Below the pieces are notes generated by a model. That model made no database searches. It had not been told where the DNA came from and saw only the letters and a list, made by a program, of their open reading frames with translations. Shown here one piece after another: positions 10,001 through 18,931 of a DNA stretch of 62,845 nt (the stretch's first letter is position 1; each line of letters opens with the position of its first letter). The DNA is taken from positions 1-62,845 of IMG/VR virus record IMGVR_UViG_3300032236_000207; one strand, given 5' to 3'. A program made the translations under genes and the position numbers. Source of the stretch: a virus. Lineage: Duplodnaviria > Caudoviricetes.

Positions 10001-13000
10001 TTCACCCGTAGCTTTCAGTCCGCCAAGTCCGCCAAGAACCTTTTCGGAAATCAACATCAGGTCGCTCAGGGCGTTTATGTTCTCTGGCTTAATCTTGAAA
10101 AAGTCAGCAAATAGACGTATGAAGCTACTCCAAGCATTTGGCTTTTGCTCATTCTTTAGCTTGTATATACCCGGAATTGTTTGTAAAAACTCCTGCACTC
10201 CTTCATGCGACAAACCATAAGCAACCATTTCGGTCGGCGTAAAGAAGTCGTAGCTAGTTTCCCCAGTATCAGGGTCTACTGAGGTAGTGCTAAGAATCAG
10301 TTCTTTTATTTCTTGCGGTATAGCATCTGGGTGATCGGCGGGTAAAGACCAACGGTCATCAACAATGTCTTCTACGCGAGCAGTTAGCGCATTTAATTTG
10401 CGCACAAACGATGCAACTTGGGTATCTTTGTTGGCTAAACCAAAAGCTATACGCCTATCTGTAGCCGCATGAAGCATCTCATGTAGGATAGTTACGTTGT
10501 TTACGCCCTGAGCGCCTTCACCCCAGCTTGCGCCGCGAACATACACAGTGTTGGTGTCATGGTCAAACAGACCATACGCACGATCCATATCTTTTTGTAG
10601 ATCGGCAGGTAACTTGTCGCCTTTTTCATAGACCACAAATTTGACGTTAACTACAAAGTTGCGCAAAATGCCAGCGAGCATACGCTCGAACGGAGTACCG
10701 TCCTTGGCAATTACAGTTAGCGCTTGAACCGCGTTCTTTGCTTTGGCAAATTTAGGATTGCTCTTACCACCGCGCTTGCCAGCTTTACCCTTACTACTAG
10801 AGTACTTAGCTCCAGTTGTGTATGTACCTTCGCTTGGAGCGATGTAGTCATTAACGCCACCAATTAACTCTTTGGTGTTTGTCTTCTTGCGAACCTCTCG
10901 GCCTTTTTTAATCTTATCTAATTCTTCTTGAGAAATTTTAGAGCGATCATTGAGGACTTTTTTAACTTCCAAACCCAAAGCAGTGCCGCGATGGTTTTCC
11001 TCTATGTCAAGCAATTGGTTAACTACATACGCTTTTTTAGCGCGTCGATCTTCCTTAGCTTGTTCGAAAGCATCTTCGTTTTCAAACTCGCCTTCGTCGA
11101 GAGGTACGTTTGCCTCTTCGAGTTGAGTAAGTAAGTTTGTTTTATTTTTGTTAAAGCGGTTACTTGCGGTAGTATATTTTGTACCGTTTTCTCTACGCTC
11201 ACTTTGCTTAACTGCTTTTACTTCGGCAGGCTGCGCCTTACGACCACCACCCGCTGCCCGCTTGCGCTTAACTTTTTCAGCTCCGTTTTCGTCTACTGCA
11301 GTGGGCTCTCCAGCTTTTCCGCCATCAGGCTTTGGAGCATTCTTCCCAGCAGGAACCATTCCATCTCGTTGAGGTTCTGTAGTTCCTTCGGTGGTGGCTC
11401 CTTGATCGGTTGCACTAGGTACTGCATTGCTTGTTCTATCTGCGGTTGTGTCAGGTTGTCCAACATTTGTAGCTCCTTCGCGTTTTTGTAGCTCTGCCTC
11501 AATAGCTTCGATTAAAGGTAAATTTTTACCTGAGCGCTCTTGTAGCGGAGTTTCTTTATCGACTACTTCAGGGGAAGTTTCTGGTTTTTGCTGCTGATAC
11601 GCAAGGGTTTGTTCAAGTGCTGCATCAGTCCACTTGCTTACGTCGGGTAAATTTTGAGCGGCTGCGGTAGAAACTTCTTCTTTGATGCCAAGTTTTTTAC
11701 GCGCCATACGACGCGCATCATCTAAAGAAATGCTTGTGGTATCAGCGATTTGTTGCGCCAATGTATCTACATCGGAAGGTGTTTCGACTGCCGCAGGTGG
11801 GGCGGGAGGCTGTACGTTATCCTCGCCCGGACGTGCTTCCCCCACTGCGCCTAAGTCAGTATTGGCAGGAGGAGGTGGGACCTGTTGTTCCTGTTGCTTA
11901 GTCTGTTGCGTTTGCTCGGGAGCTAAGAAACCCTTTTGGCGAGCAATCAGGTCGGACAAACCTTCATAACTTGTATCGCGCTGATACGCACCTTCTCTTG
12001 GTGCGCCAATACTAGATAAAGCCTCGCCTACTTTTTGAGCACCCTTAGCAGCAACAATAGTTCCGCCAGCAGTAGCACCAGCCTGCAACACCGTTTGGCG
12101 CACCGTTTCTTCCATCTGTTTGTAGAAGTCGGCAAAGCTTGGATTTTTATTGAGGCCCAACTTAGGAGCCATATCAACAAGGTATTGCGTAGCGGTAGTA
12201 GCCAGCTCAGGTGGAAGTTCGGATGCAACGGCCTCGGCTAAATACTTTGGTACGCTGGCTACGCCATGCTGAGCGATGTGCGCTTTTAACCCCGCAAGAG
12301 CTTTAGTCATACCGAAACGCTCAAAGAACACTTCAGCGGTAGCCATAGCTACTGCTCGCGTAGCGGCAGCTTGACCAGATAAACCAGCAGCACGGGCTTC
12401 GCTATAAGAGTCACCAAATTGCTGTATGGCTGCTTGAGCTAACAAAGGTGCCGAGCCCCCAGTCATTGCTGTTAGGGCTATGAATGGTGCTTGTGTGGCT
12501 AAGCTAGTCATCGCTCCTTGAGCGGATTTTTCAAAAATACTTTTACCTTCGGGGATAGCACCTTCACGGGCTTCCTCGATACGGCGTGCACCAGCTAGGT
12601 CTTTACTAAACTGTTTATCGCCAGTTAAATCAGCGTAGGCATTCAGTAAACCTAATCCTGTTTTTGTAAATTGCGACCGAGCCCCAGCGCCAACTCTATC
12701 TATAAAATCAGCGTTTTCAAGTTCTTTTGCGCGAGCTGCGGCTTCTGCTGCGGCTTTTTCCCCAACCACATCGCGTGTCATTTGCTGGTAGTCTGGGCGC
12801 ATGTAACCAGTAGACTGACCCATAGCATCGCGTTCAGCGTCTTCCCTAGACCTACCCTGCGCCATAAAGCGCTCAACTTGTGCTTCGTATCGAGGGTCTA
12901 ATACTTTGGCTGCAGTAGGTGACGCCTGTAGCATCGCGCCTTTATCCATAGCTTGATACCGACCAGCCACTGCTCTAGCAGCACGACCATAAACGTCAGG

Positions 13001-13399
13001 ACGCTCGGCTAATTTTGCCACCGCCGCAGCACGTTCTTCCGCAGGCATTGCATTGAGATGCGCCTCAACCGCATTTGTAAACTGGGGGTTTAAAACTGCT
13101 CTATCTTCAGTAGGTGCAATAGGCGGAAGTTTCTGGCCTTGTAGAACGCTTTCTTTTTTCTCAGCATTCATGATTGCCGAACCTAAATCACCGCCCATAG
13201 GGTCGGTAGACGGAGGTATTTCATTTAGGTCGGGAGCTAGAGCGGCGGGCTTTGCTTTAGAAGGCGCAGCTTTCTCTGCGGCAGGAGCTTCCGCTCCTAC
13301 ACCCAATACTTTTTTAACCGTAGCTTGAACTACCGAAGGGTCTGTGCCATCAGGGAATTCTAGGATACGGCCATCGTGGAGTTCCGCTTTAATGGCCAT
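7019..13399 (-). CDS. Giant ejection/polyvalent virion protein with zincin HExxH motif
   Basis: 2126 aa, last gene of the structural operon; ILHEMLH motif; charged low-complexity linker; helical C-terminus. Confidence 0.75.
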   Translation of the reverse strand: MAIKAELHDGRILEFPDGTDPSVVQATVKKVLGVGAEAPAAEKAAPSKAKPAALAPDLNEIPPSTDPMGGDLGSAIMNAEKKESVLQGQKLPPIAPTEDRAVLNPQFTNAVEAHLNAMPAEERAAAVAKLAERPDVYGRAARAVAGRYQAMDKGAMLQASPTAAKVLDPRYEAQVERFMAQGRSREDAERDAMGQSTGYMRPDYQQMTRDVVGEKAAAEAAARAKELENADFIDRVGAGARSQFTKTGLGLLNAYADLTGDKQFSKDLAGARRIEEAREGAIPEGKSIFEKSAQGAMTSLATQAPFIALTAMTGGSAPLLAQAAIQQFGDSYSEARAAGLSGQAAATRAVAMATAEVFFERFGMTKALAGLKAHIAQHGVASVPKYLAEAVASELPPELATTATQYLVDMAPKLGLNKNPSFADFYKQMEETVRQTVLQAGATAGGTIVAAKGAQKVGEALSSIGAPREGAYQRDTSYEGLSDLIARQKGFLAPEQTQQTKQQEQQVPPPPANTDLGAVGEARPGEDNVQPPAPPAAVETPSDVDTLAQQIADTTSISLDDARRMARKKLGIKEEVSTAAAQNLPDVSKWTDAALEQTLAYQQQKPETSPEVVDKETPLQERSGKNLPLIEAIEAELQKREGATNVGQPDTTADRTSNAVPSATDQGATTEGTTEPQRDGMVPAGKNAPKPDGGKAGEPTAVDENGAEKVKRKRAAGGGRKAQPAEVKAVKQSERRENGTKYTTASNRFNKNKTNLLTQLEEANVPLDEGEFENEDAFEQAKEDRRAKKAYVVNQLLDIEENHRGTALGLEVKKVLNDRSKISQEELDKIKKGREVRKKTNTKELIGGVNDYIAPSEGTYTTGAKYSSSKGKAGKRGGKSNPKFAKAKNAVQALTVIAKDGTPFERMLAGILRNFVVNVKFVVYEKGDKLPADLQKDMDRAYGLFDHDTNTVYVRGASWGEGAQGVNNVTILHEMLHAATDRRIAFGLANKDTQVASFVRKLNALTARVEDIVDDRWSLPADHPDAIPQEIKELILSTTSVDPDTGETSYDFFTPTEMVAYGLSHEGVQEFLQTIPGIYKLKNEQKPNAWSSFIRLFADFFKIKPENINALSDLMLISEKVLGGLGGLKATGEFAETGKRSLSVMPKTEAEKEAEAAQKQIRKAVADALAKTERSRTTQELGDSIGLLHAVKDPKQIIPIVKEAFEFADDKTRVALAGIPTFDFLAEWTKDTVPELKNTTKLLGEMGGMSQNLLAKVGEMSETILDAYKKDRTLRRKLENVVYTSTLAEIDPSDPNAAKSDPELTRMYNELGADGQRIYKMLKYYYQNMTDYYSDLLDKQVEHLNIADADKKNLLSVIRTIYEGEEKISPYFPLVRRGDFWLSVGEGKKKQFFMFETKRQRDRVAKSIAASKNQTFREALDTKTIRRGDNITELREASKEQSTLLRQIFNAIDSSDLTDVDAREELKDAIYQIYLQAMPEQSFRNQFIHRKGIEGFSTDLLRNINTTGAKMSIQLARIKYAPLLRTSLSQAKSSIRATPEYDPFVQSAKNRVNAVLTAGRKGDTVDQVLDGLAGAANKASFFFYLSGASSGLIQPFSVYITGLPILTANHGAGAAKELAKMVTYMNQYGVVRQNADGSKSYVAPSIANNQDLSPDERKAIKMMLQRGVTTSSYASEVFGYKSTPTEDLYIDPERGVIDNIPAVYGKGKRLGAVLVGGLMHNMERLSREAIYLASFRLGMEKHGDFDRAVEQAVADTNECLGNYDMANRPLLMQKSGGKILLQFQMFPLHTYLLLLTNFKRMIPFLNKEGKREAAIKFFGILGTSASVAGITGVPFYSAVMGLLGWAWKEFGKDPDWPEDLKSINFDLWFRTKFLPEQLGTGGALLVEHGPLNKLTGLDFASKLSLDNPWGRDTKETKTTREGVTAWAMSHGGPTASMILSLADAHDAWKLGDTRKATEKLAPAILRNKLIFDRMREEGIKDYRGAQIMHPDSIKTGELFGQMIGFRPAISADVLEKNFRFASIENRIDNERSQILKRMDVALRNKDFSKYREAHNDMKDFNRGFPSYRIEPEDLANSLEKKQEARGKAYVGVIPTEKNMAIFGDALVESRKPMRERQKETAEKKRQ
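11293..11466 (-). CDS. Candidate overprinted 57-aa protein inside the giant gene
   Basis: AAGGAG-6 nt-ATG in an alternative frame; protein-like composition. Confidence 0.4.
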   Translation of the reverse strand: MLDNLTQPQIEQAMQYLVQPIKEPPPKELQNLNEMEWFLLGRMLQSLMAEKLESPLQ

Positions 13400-13408
13400 T
13401 TGTACCCC

Positions 13409-15790
13409 TTATTGAATTGGTCGCCCTTGAGCATCGAATCTTAACGTAGTTCCACCACCGCCGCCACCAACTCGACCGGGGCTAGGAGCGCCATTAGGGT
13501 TCATGTTACGTTGACGTTCCAACTCTGCGTTCCAAAGCTGATCGGCTCTTTCTGGGTCAGCTCGACGAGCTTCCATATAGTCAGGATCGTACCTGAACCC
13601 TTTCATAGCTTCTCTAACCTTAGCGCTTTCTCCGGCTGCAATCTGCTCGCGTGTTAAGTCAGCTTTAGTAGCACCAACATCGGTAGTCCTAGCTTGAGAC
13701 ATAGCACGGCGTAGAGCAGTGACTGTTTTTGTGTTTGCTTCGCTTGGGTCTTTTTCAAACGCGATTTCAGCCGCAGCCAACTGCTCGGCCAATTTAGTTT
13801 TATTACCCGCACCAGCACCGCCAGCACCTGTACGCACGACGTTGGATTTTGCCAAGTTGTTGAGTATGTTTGCTGCGTTGGTTGTGCCAAGAATGTCGTT
13901 CTTCGCTGCGGCAATAAGGTTTTGCTGGATGCTGTTGTAGTCGGCACGAGCTTCTTTGCGCAATCCCATTTTTTCGTTGCGTTGCAAGCTGGTAAGGTTC
14001 ATCTTGGCCTGCATCATGTGGTCTTGTGCGACCTGCTGTGCCTGTTCAATTTCCGCTGCACTAGCACCTAAACTGCCTGCGGCAGCGCCGATTCCCCGCA
14101 TAGCGTTACCACCTTGCAGAATAGCTGGAATAGCTTTGAGTGCAGCAGCGCCGTACATCTTGTCTGTCATGCCCTGTAAACCAGCGGCTCGCTTATCGTA
14201 GTAAGCCTGCATAGGCGCGTATGGGTCTGGCCCCAAATCCTTTGTCATGCTGGTAACGTATTCATTTTCAAACTTTGAACGGTCTTCGGGTTTAGGGTTG
14301 TATGCTTGACGATCCATCAGCGATTCACTGAGACCATATACGCGTTTGTTAATCTTGTCTTGTAACACAGGGTCAAGTACGCGCTGACCGCCGATCAGTG
14401 AAGAAATATCAGTACCTTCAGAACCGCTAGTATCGACTGTTCCGGCATCTGGGTCTACTACGGCTCCGGCTTTTGCAAAAGCCAAAATGCCGCCCTTTGC
14501 AGCACGCACCATGTTATTTTGTGTCTCTGGAGGAAGCGAGTTAAAAGCACCGCCTAGTCCGCGATCTACTGATGCATCTTCAGCGCGTTTGATTGCGGTG
14601 TTCTCCGCCATTTGTTTTTGTAACGCGGCTTGAGCATCTAAATCATTGCGTGCTTGTGCCATTTGATAAGAAGCGGGAAGCTCCTTTGCAGGCATGTATT
14701 TGGCAATATTTCTGACGTTGTATTCGCTGGTTACATCTCCACCACCAGAGTACGAGTCCATCAAGCCGCCTTCTTTGGCGGCCATTTTGCTCAAACCGTA
14801 AGCACCCAAACCAAGAGCGCCCATGCTTTGTAGTGGTGAAGGAGGTGCTTGATACACCTGAGAAGCCGTGTTCATACCCATAGGAGTACCGCGAACCAAG
14901 TTCTGCATGTAACTGAGCTGTTGGTATGGGTAGTTCTTCTGTGTAAGGAAGTCTTGGTATGCAGTGTCCAAACCTCTTTGCGTCTGAGCTTGTTGCTGTT
15001 CGCCATACTGGTTTTGCAAGGCATTTATGCCCATTTGCTGACCGTATTGGTTTTGGCCTAACTGACCTAGTTGACCTGCGGCGCTACCTAACAACCCATA
15101 GCCTTGGAGTTGATTTCCTAAGTTTGCGTTGTATTGGTTCTGTGCATTTGTAAATGCGGTGTTCAAGCCCTGACCATAAATCTGGTTGAGCCCCATGTTA
15201 CGGTTGCGCTCGTTTTCAGCGGCCATGATTGCCTCGCGTGAGCCACCAAATGCACCTGCCTGAGTAGCAGCACTTTGCTGTCTAGTTCCGCTAATATCGT
15301 AGTTGCGGTTAGCCTCGGCTAACTGCGGAGCCAGAATCTGATCCATGTACGGGTTCATGTACCCGCCAATTTGATTTTGAAATCCGGTGGTGGTAGCTTG
15401 ATTGGCAACGCCTAAACCGCCAAGACCTGCGCCAGTAGCTGCAGCGGTAGCCTCGCTTGTTTGTGGGGCAACAGTCATGTTCTGCGCACCTTGTTGCGCT
15501 TGTTGCTGTAATGGAGTAAACCCAGCAATACGCTGACCGCCGTAAGGCTGATATGGGTTTTGAGAAATATCAGTTAGCGCTTTACCTTTAGACAGTATGT
15601 CTTGCGCATACGGCTTTGCCCACTCCGGTAAGTCTTGAGTCTGCGTAGTAGCAGATGTAGTGTTAGAAGGTGCCGCAGGTGCAGAAGAACCGCCACCCCC
15701 AAGGATTAAACCGCCGTCGGCTTTGCGATAAGTTGCGGAATCACCAAATGGTTCTCCGAGTGCTTCTAATTGGCGACGTGAATAACTCAT
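13409..15790 (-). CDS. Internal virion/DNA ejection protein
   Basis: Q/A/G-rich, GAFGGSR motif, N-terminal GGGGSS, position after GNAT gene. Confidence 0.7.
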   Translation of the reverse strand: MSYSRRQLEALGEPFGDSATYRKADGGLILGGGGSSAPAAPSNTTSATTQTQDLPEWAKPYAQDILSKGKALTDISQNPYQPYGGQRIAGFTPLQQQAQQGAQNMTVAPQTSEATAAATGAGLGGLGVANQATTTGFQNQIGGYMNPYMDQILAPQLAEANRNYDISGTRQQSAATQAGAFGGSREAIMAAENERNRNMGLNQIYGQGLNTAFTNAQNQYNANLGNQLQGYGLLGSAAGQLGQLGQNQYGQQMGINALQNQYGEQQQAQTQRGLDTAYQDFLTQKNYPYQQLSYMQNLVRGTPMGMNTASQVYQAPPSPLQSMGALGLGAYGLSKMAAKEGGLMDSYSGGGDVTSEYNVRNIAKYMPAKELPASYQMAQARNDLDAQAALQKQMAENTAIKRAEDASVDRGLGGAFNSLPPETQNNMVRAAKGGILAFAKAGAVVDPDAGTVDTSGSEGTDISSLIGGQRVLDPVLQDKINKRVYGLSESLMDRQAYNPKPEDRSKFENEYVTSMTKDLGPDPYAPMQAYYDKRAAGLQGMTDKMYGAAALKAIPAILQGGNAMRGIGAAAGSLGASAAEIEQAQQVAQDHMMQAKMNLTSLQRNEKMGLRKEARADYNSIQQNLIAAAKNDILGTTNAANILNNLAKSNVVRTGAGGAGAGNKTKLAEQLAAAEIAFEKDPSEANTKTVTALRRAMSQARTTDVGATKADLTREQIAAGESAKVREAMKGFRYDPDYMEARRADPERADQLWNAELERQRNMNPNGAPSPGRVGGGGGGTTLRFDAQGRPIQ

Positions 15791-16245
15791 GACTGCTCCA
15801 AAATTTTTGTGAATAACTTGTCGGTCATCTTGTATCCAAGGTATTCAAATAAACGCGAATTGTCCATGTGAATCTTTGTGTGCATTATGATGCGATTCAC
15901 ACCTTCTTTTTTGAGCTCGTCTTCGGCAAACTGGAAAAGACGGATTCCTACACGACCCTTGCGGTATTCCTTCTTGAGAAAGTAAATATCCTCAAAAGCC
16001 GTTGTACATGTTTTGTAATGCAAATGAGGCTGCACGATAAATATCGCATAGCCAATAAGAGCATTATCCTCTCTAACCGTAACACAACGCAACATCTTGG
16101 CAACATGAAGCCGACCGTACGCTTCGTAGTCGGGCAGGAGGGGAAAGTCCTTGGTGACGCACAGTTCGTCGTAGTGCTCGGGTAGGATTTCCCTCAACGC
16201 CTCGATGAACTCGGCGGGGTCTTCAGATTGATACGTTGTCGTCAT
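15787..16245 (-). CDS. GNAT-family acetyltransferase
   Basis: DIYFLKKEYRKGRVGIRL acetyl-CoA motif A; LFEYLGY motif B. Confidence 0.85.
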   Translation of the reverse strand: MTTTYQSEDPAEFIEALREILPEHYDELCVTKDFPLLPDYEAYGRLHVAKMLRCVTVREDNALIGYAIFIVQPHLHYKTCTTAFEDIYFLKKEYRKGRVGIRLFQFAEDELKKEGVNRIIMHTKIHMDNSRLFEYLGYKMTDKLFTKILEQS

Positions 16246-18212
16246 GCAGGCAAGTATCTGTCAGCGCGATTGTTTTTAGCAACCTTGCCCTTGCCCACTG
16301 TGTTTTTACGTGCCGCTTGAACTCTGTCCATCATGGCATAGAGCTTACGTGCACCAGCTTCAGTTGAGCCGTTGCCCAACTCAGAAACAATACGGGCTGG
16401 AACTACAAATTCACCGTCGGCTAAACGAGCAGGTTGCTTGTGTCCTATGGTTGCAGGAATCGAATCAGATACGCCATCCCCCGGCCCGCGAAGTAAGCGA
16501 CCGCCATCAGAATAACCACCCAAGTTATATCCCGCATCTGAGATACCTCCTGTAGCCATGCGCGGGCGCTGGTCAAAACGACCGCGAGACAAATATCCGC
16601 CACGAGCATCGGAAGAACTGCTTTCACCAGAAGTATCACTGCCCATACCGTTAGAACTTTCACCGGCAGGACCAGATGGAGCACCAATAGCGCCCAAAGA
16701 AGTTCCTGTAACACTACCCTGCGACACAGGAGCGGTGGTCGCTCCGTTAATTGCATCTGCTATAGCCATAGCAATACCAAAAGGCATCGCCAAAGACATC
16801 ATGCTATCTGTATTTTGCTGTGCCGTAGCTGCATCTACAGGAGAAGCATACCCACTATAACCCCCTGTACCTACCGCAGGACCTCCAGAAGTATTTGAAG
16901 TAGTAGAACCGGGCCCCCCACTGTACAAATCAGCAATACCTCCCGTAGCCAAACGAGTGCCTTGCATGTTGGGTTCACCAGACATAGCGTCTACCGTACC
17001 GCCGCCAGATGGTGCCATGCTTGACAGCATATTAGTAGATGTTGGAGATTGGTAAGGCGTAGCAAATGCAGATGTCACCATGTTGGACATCGGGTACATG
17101 GTGTTTTGCCCCGTTGTAGCGGCATTAGACATTTGTTCTACTGGACCGCCAGCAGCATAACCCATAAGCCCACCATTTGCCGCCTGTGCTGCGGGATAAC
17201 CCGGATACAAACTTGCAGCTTCGGCATCTGTTAGCGCTGTGTATTTAGGGTTAAAGTAGGTGTTTTCTGTACCCGTAGCACCTGCCACTGGAGTCGGCCT
17301 AACCATTCCGGGATCGAACCTATAGTGAGGCACAACTTGCTGTTGCTGTTGGGTTGTAGATACATTTAACCCCGCTGGTTTTGCAAGCGAAGGAGCCGCA
17401 GGAGCTAAAGCCGCCAAACCTGTTGAAGCCAATCCAGTCCAGCTTCCACCACCAACTTGTTTTAGCTTGGATGGATCTTCCATCACAGAGCCAATACCTT
17501 GCTTAATTGCCTCAAATCCAGTAGGAATTTTTGCTTCTGGAGCACCCAGTGCTGTATACCCACCACCCGGCTCTGCTACATATCCGCGTGTTGTTTGGTA
17601 TTCATTTAGCAAAGCAGCGCGATTTGCCGCAGTATCGGCGGCGCTATATGGTTGTGGAAGATTTTTAGTGAAATCTTGTTGCCCCGCATTAAACTCTTCA
17701 AAATTACCAACATTCCAACTAGCTGGGTTATATCCAGCCGCAAGTTTATCTTGTATAAGTTTAGTGCGATTTGCCTCAAGCTGTTTCATTTGTTCGTCAA
17801 CGGCAGCTTTTTCAGTATTTTGTACAGTTTGTCCAGCTTCCGAAGTACCTAGCTTCTCCAACCCAGCACCTAACTGAGCGCCACCATAACCGCCAAGACC
17901 TGCAGATAATGCACCCATTAAACCCGCTTTAGGGTTCAATAAATAACTACCAGCACCAACAGCAAGTCCCGCCTGCATAGCAGAAAGCTCAAGCCCGGCT
18001 GGACCTAACGCAGCACCTGCAACCATCGGCAAGATGGCGGAAAGAAATCCTGCTTCGGGTAGACCTGTCTGCGGGTTGATTGTTAGTTGGCCTCCATGCG
18101 CCATAGCCAAATCGTTGAGGCTTTTGACCTCATCACGGGACATGTGAACGAGCGTATCGTCAGGTCCGCGACCTTGATTAGATAGATGTTGGGCAGCAAG
18201 TTGTAGGCTCAT
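16242..18212 (-). CDS. Internal virion/ejection protein
   Basis: GRGPDDTLVHM..TINPQTGLPE N-domain, hydrophobic Gly/Ala segment, C-terminal GPGDGVSDSIPA..LADGEFVVPA domain. Confidence 0.7.
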   Translation of the reverse strand: MSLQLAAQHLSNQGRGPDDTLVHMSRDEVKSLNDLAMAHGGQLTINPQTGLPEAGFLSAILPMVAGAALGPAGLELSAMQAGLAVGAGSYLLNPKAGLMGALSAGLGGYGGAQLGAGLEKLGTSEAGQTVQNTEKAAVDEQMKQLEANRTKLIQDKLAAGYNPASWNVGNFEEFNAGQQDFTKNLPQPYSAADTAANRAALLNEYQTTRGYVAEPGGGYTALGAPEAKIPTGFEAIKQGIGSVMEDPSKLKQVGGGSWTGLASTGLAALAPAAPSLAKPAGLNVSTTQQQQQVVPHYRFDPGMVRPTPVAGATGTENTYFNPKYTALTDAEAASLYPGYPAAQAANGGLMGYAAGGPVEQMSNAATTGQNTMYPMSNMVTSAFATPYQSPTSTNMLSSMAPSGGGTVDAMSGEPNMQGTRLATGGIADLYSGGPGSTTSNTSGGPAVGTGGYSGYASPVDAATAQQNTDSMMSLAMPFGIAMAIADAINGATTAPVSQGSVTGTSLGAIGAPSGPAGESSNGMGSDTSGESSSSDARGGYLSRGRFDQRPRMATGGISDAGYNLGGYSDGGRLLRGPGDGVSDSIPATIGHKQPARLADGEFVVPARIVSELGNGSTEAGARKLYAMMDRVQAARKNTVGKGKVAKNNRADRYLPA

Positions 18213-18241
18213 TTTTGCCTCGTAGATGGGGGGGTTGATCG

Positions 18242-18270
18242 AGTTTATCATGTCAAGGGCGCAGACACAA
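18242..18270 (-). promoter_or_regulatory. Possible internal promoter for the ejection-protein genes
   Basis: TTGTGT-17 nt-TAAACT with extended TGn. Confidence 0.3.
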
Positions 18271-18931
18271 ACGACATTGTGAGTACCACCGAATATGTAG
18301 CCGGTCTGGTTGGGCCAGTACCAGCGGCGTAGTTTTGAATAGTTACGGCAGCGTTATCTGTTGACCAGTACAACTGAATGTAGTCATTAGCCGCCATAGA
18401 TATAAAGTAGTTCCAGCCGTAGATGCCGTGACCTTCATTGCCAGCACCAGCGGACTTTCTGGCAGGAATAGATATATAACCAGTAGAGCCAACAATATCC
18501 GTAGCCGCACCGCCATCATTGCCCTGCTTTAGCCAGATGCTAATGTCATGCTGCGCGTTGTCTGTATTCTGAGCTTGGATACTGAACTGCAAGTTATATA
18601 TACCGGGGTAAGTAACAGTAATCTTTGACCCAGAAACAATAGACACACCATTTGTGCCCGTAGTGTCCGTACCACCAAGCAGTAGAACCGTAGCCGTATT
18701 AGCCGTAGTGGATTGCGTTGTGTTATCGTAAAAAGACCCGCAAACTGTGCGCAAAAACCTACCGCCAGTGTTGGTCAGCAGGGATTGAGTTAGGTTGTCT
18801 ACTTGGTTGAAGTACTGACGTAAGATGCCATTCAATACATCTAAATACATGCGGTCGTATTCGACCGGCGCCGAAGGCAAACGCGGCTGTTGAGAAGGCC
18901 GCAGTTGCGTGGTAATTTGAGAAACTGTCAT
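18248..18931 (-). CDS. Tail-associated structural protein with C1q/BclA-like C-terminal beta domain
   Basis: GIYNLQFSIQ...DYIQLYW jelly-roll pattern. Confidence 0.6.
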   Translation of the reverse strand: MTVSQITTQLRPSQQPRLPSAPVEYDRMYLDVLNGILRQYFNQVDNLTQSLLTNTGGRFLRTVCGSFYDNTTQSTTANTATVLLLGGTDTTGTNGVSIVSGSKITVTYPGIYNLQFSIQAQNTDNAQHDISIWLKQGNDGGAATDIVGSTGYISIPARKSAGAGNEGHGIYGWNYFISMAANDYIQLYWSTDNAAVTIQNYAAGTGPTRPATYSVVLTMSFVSAPLT

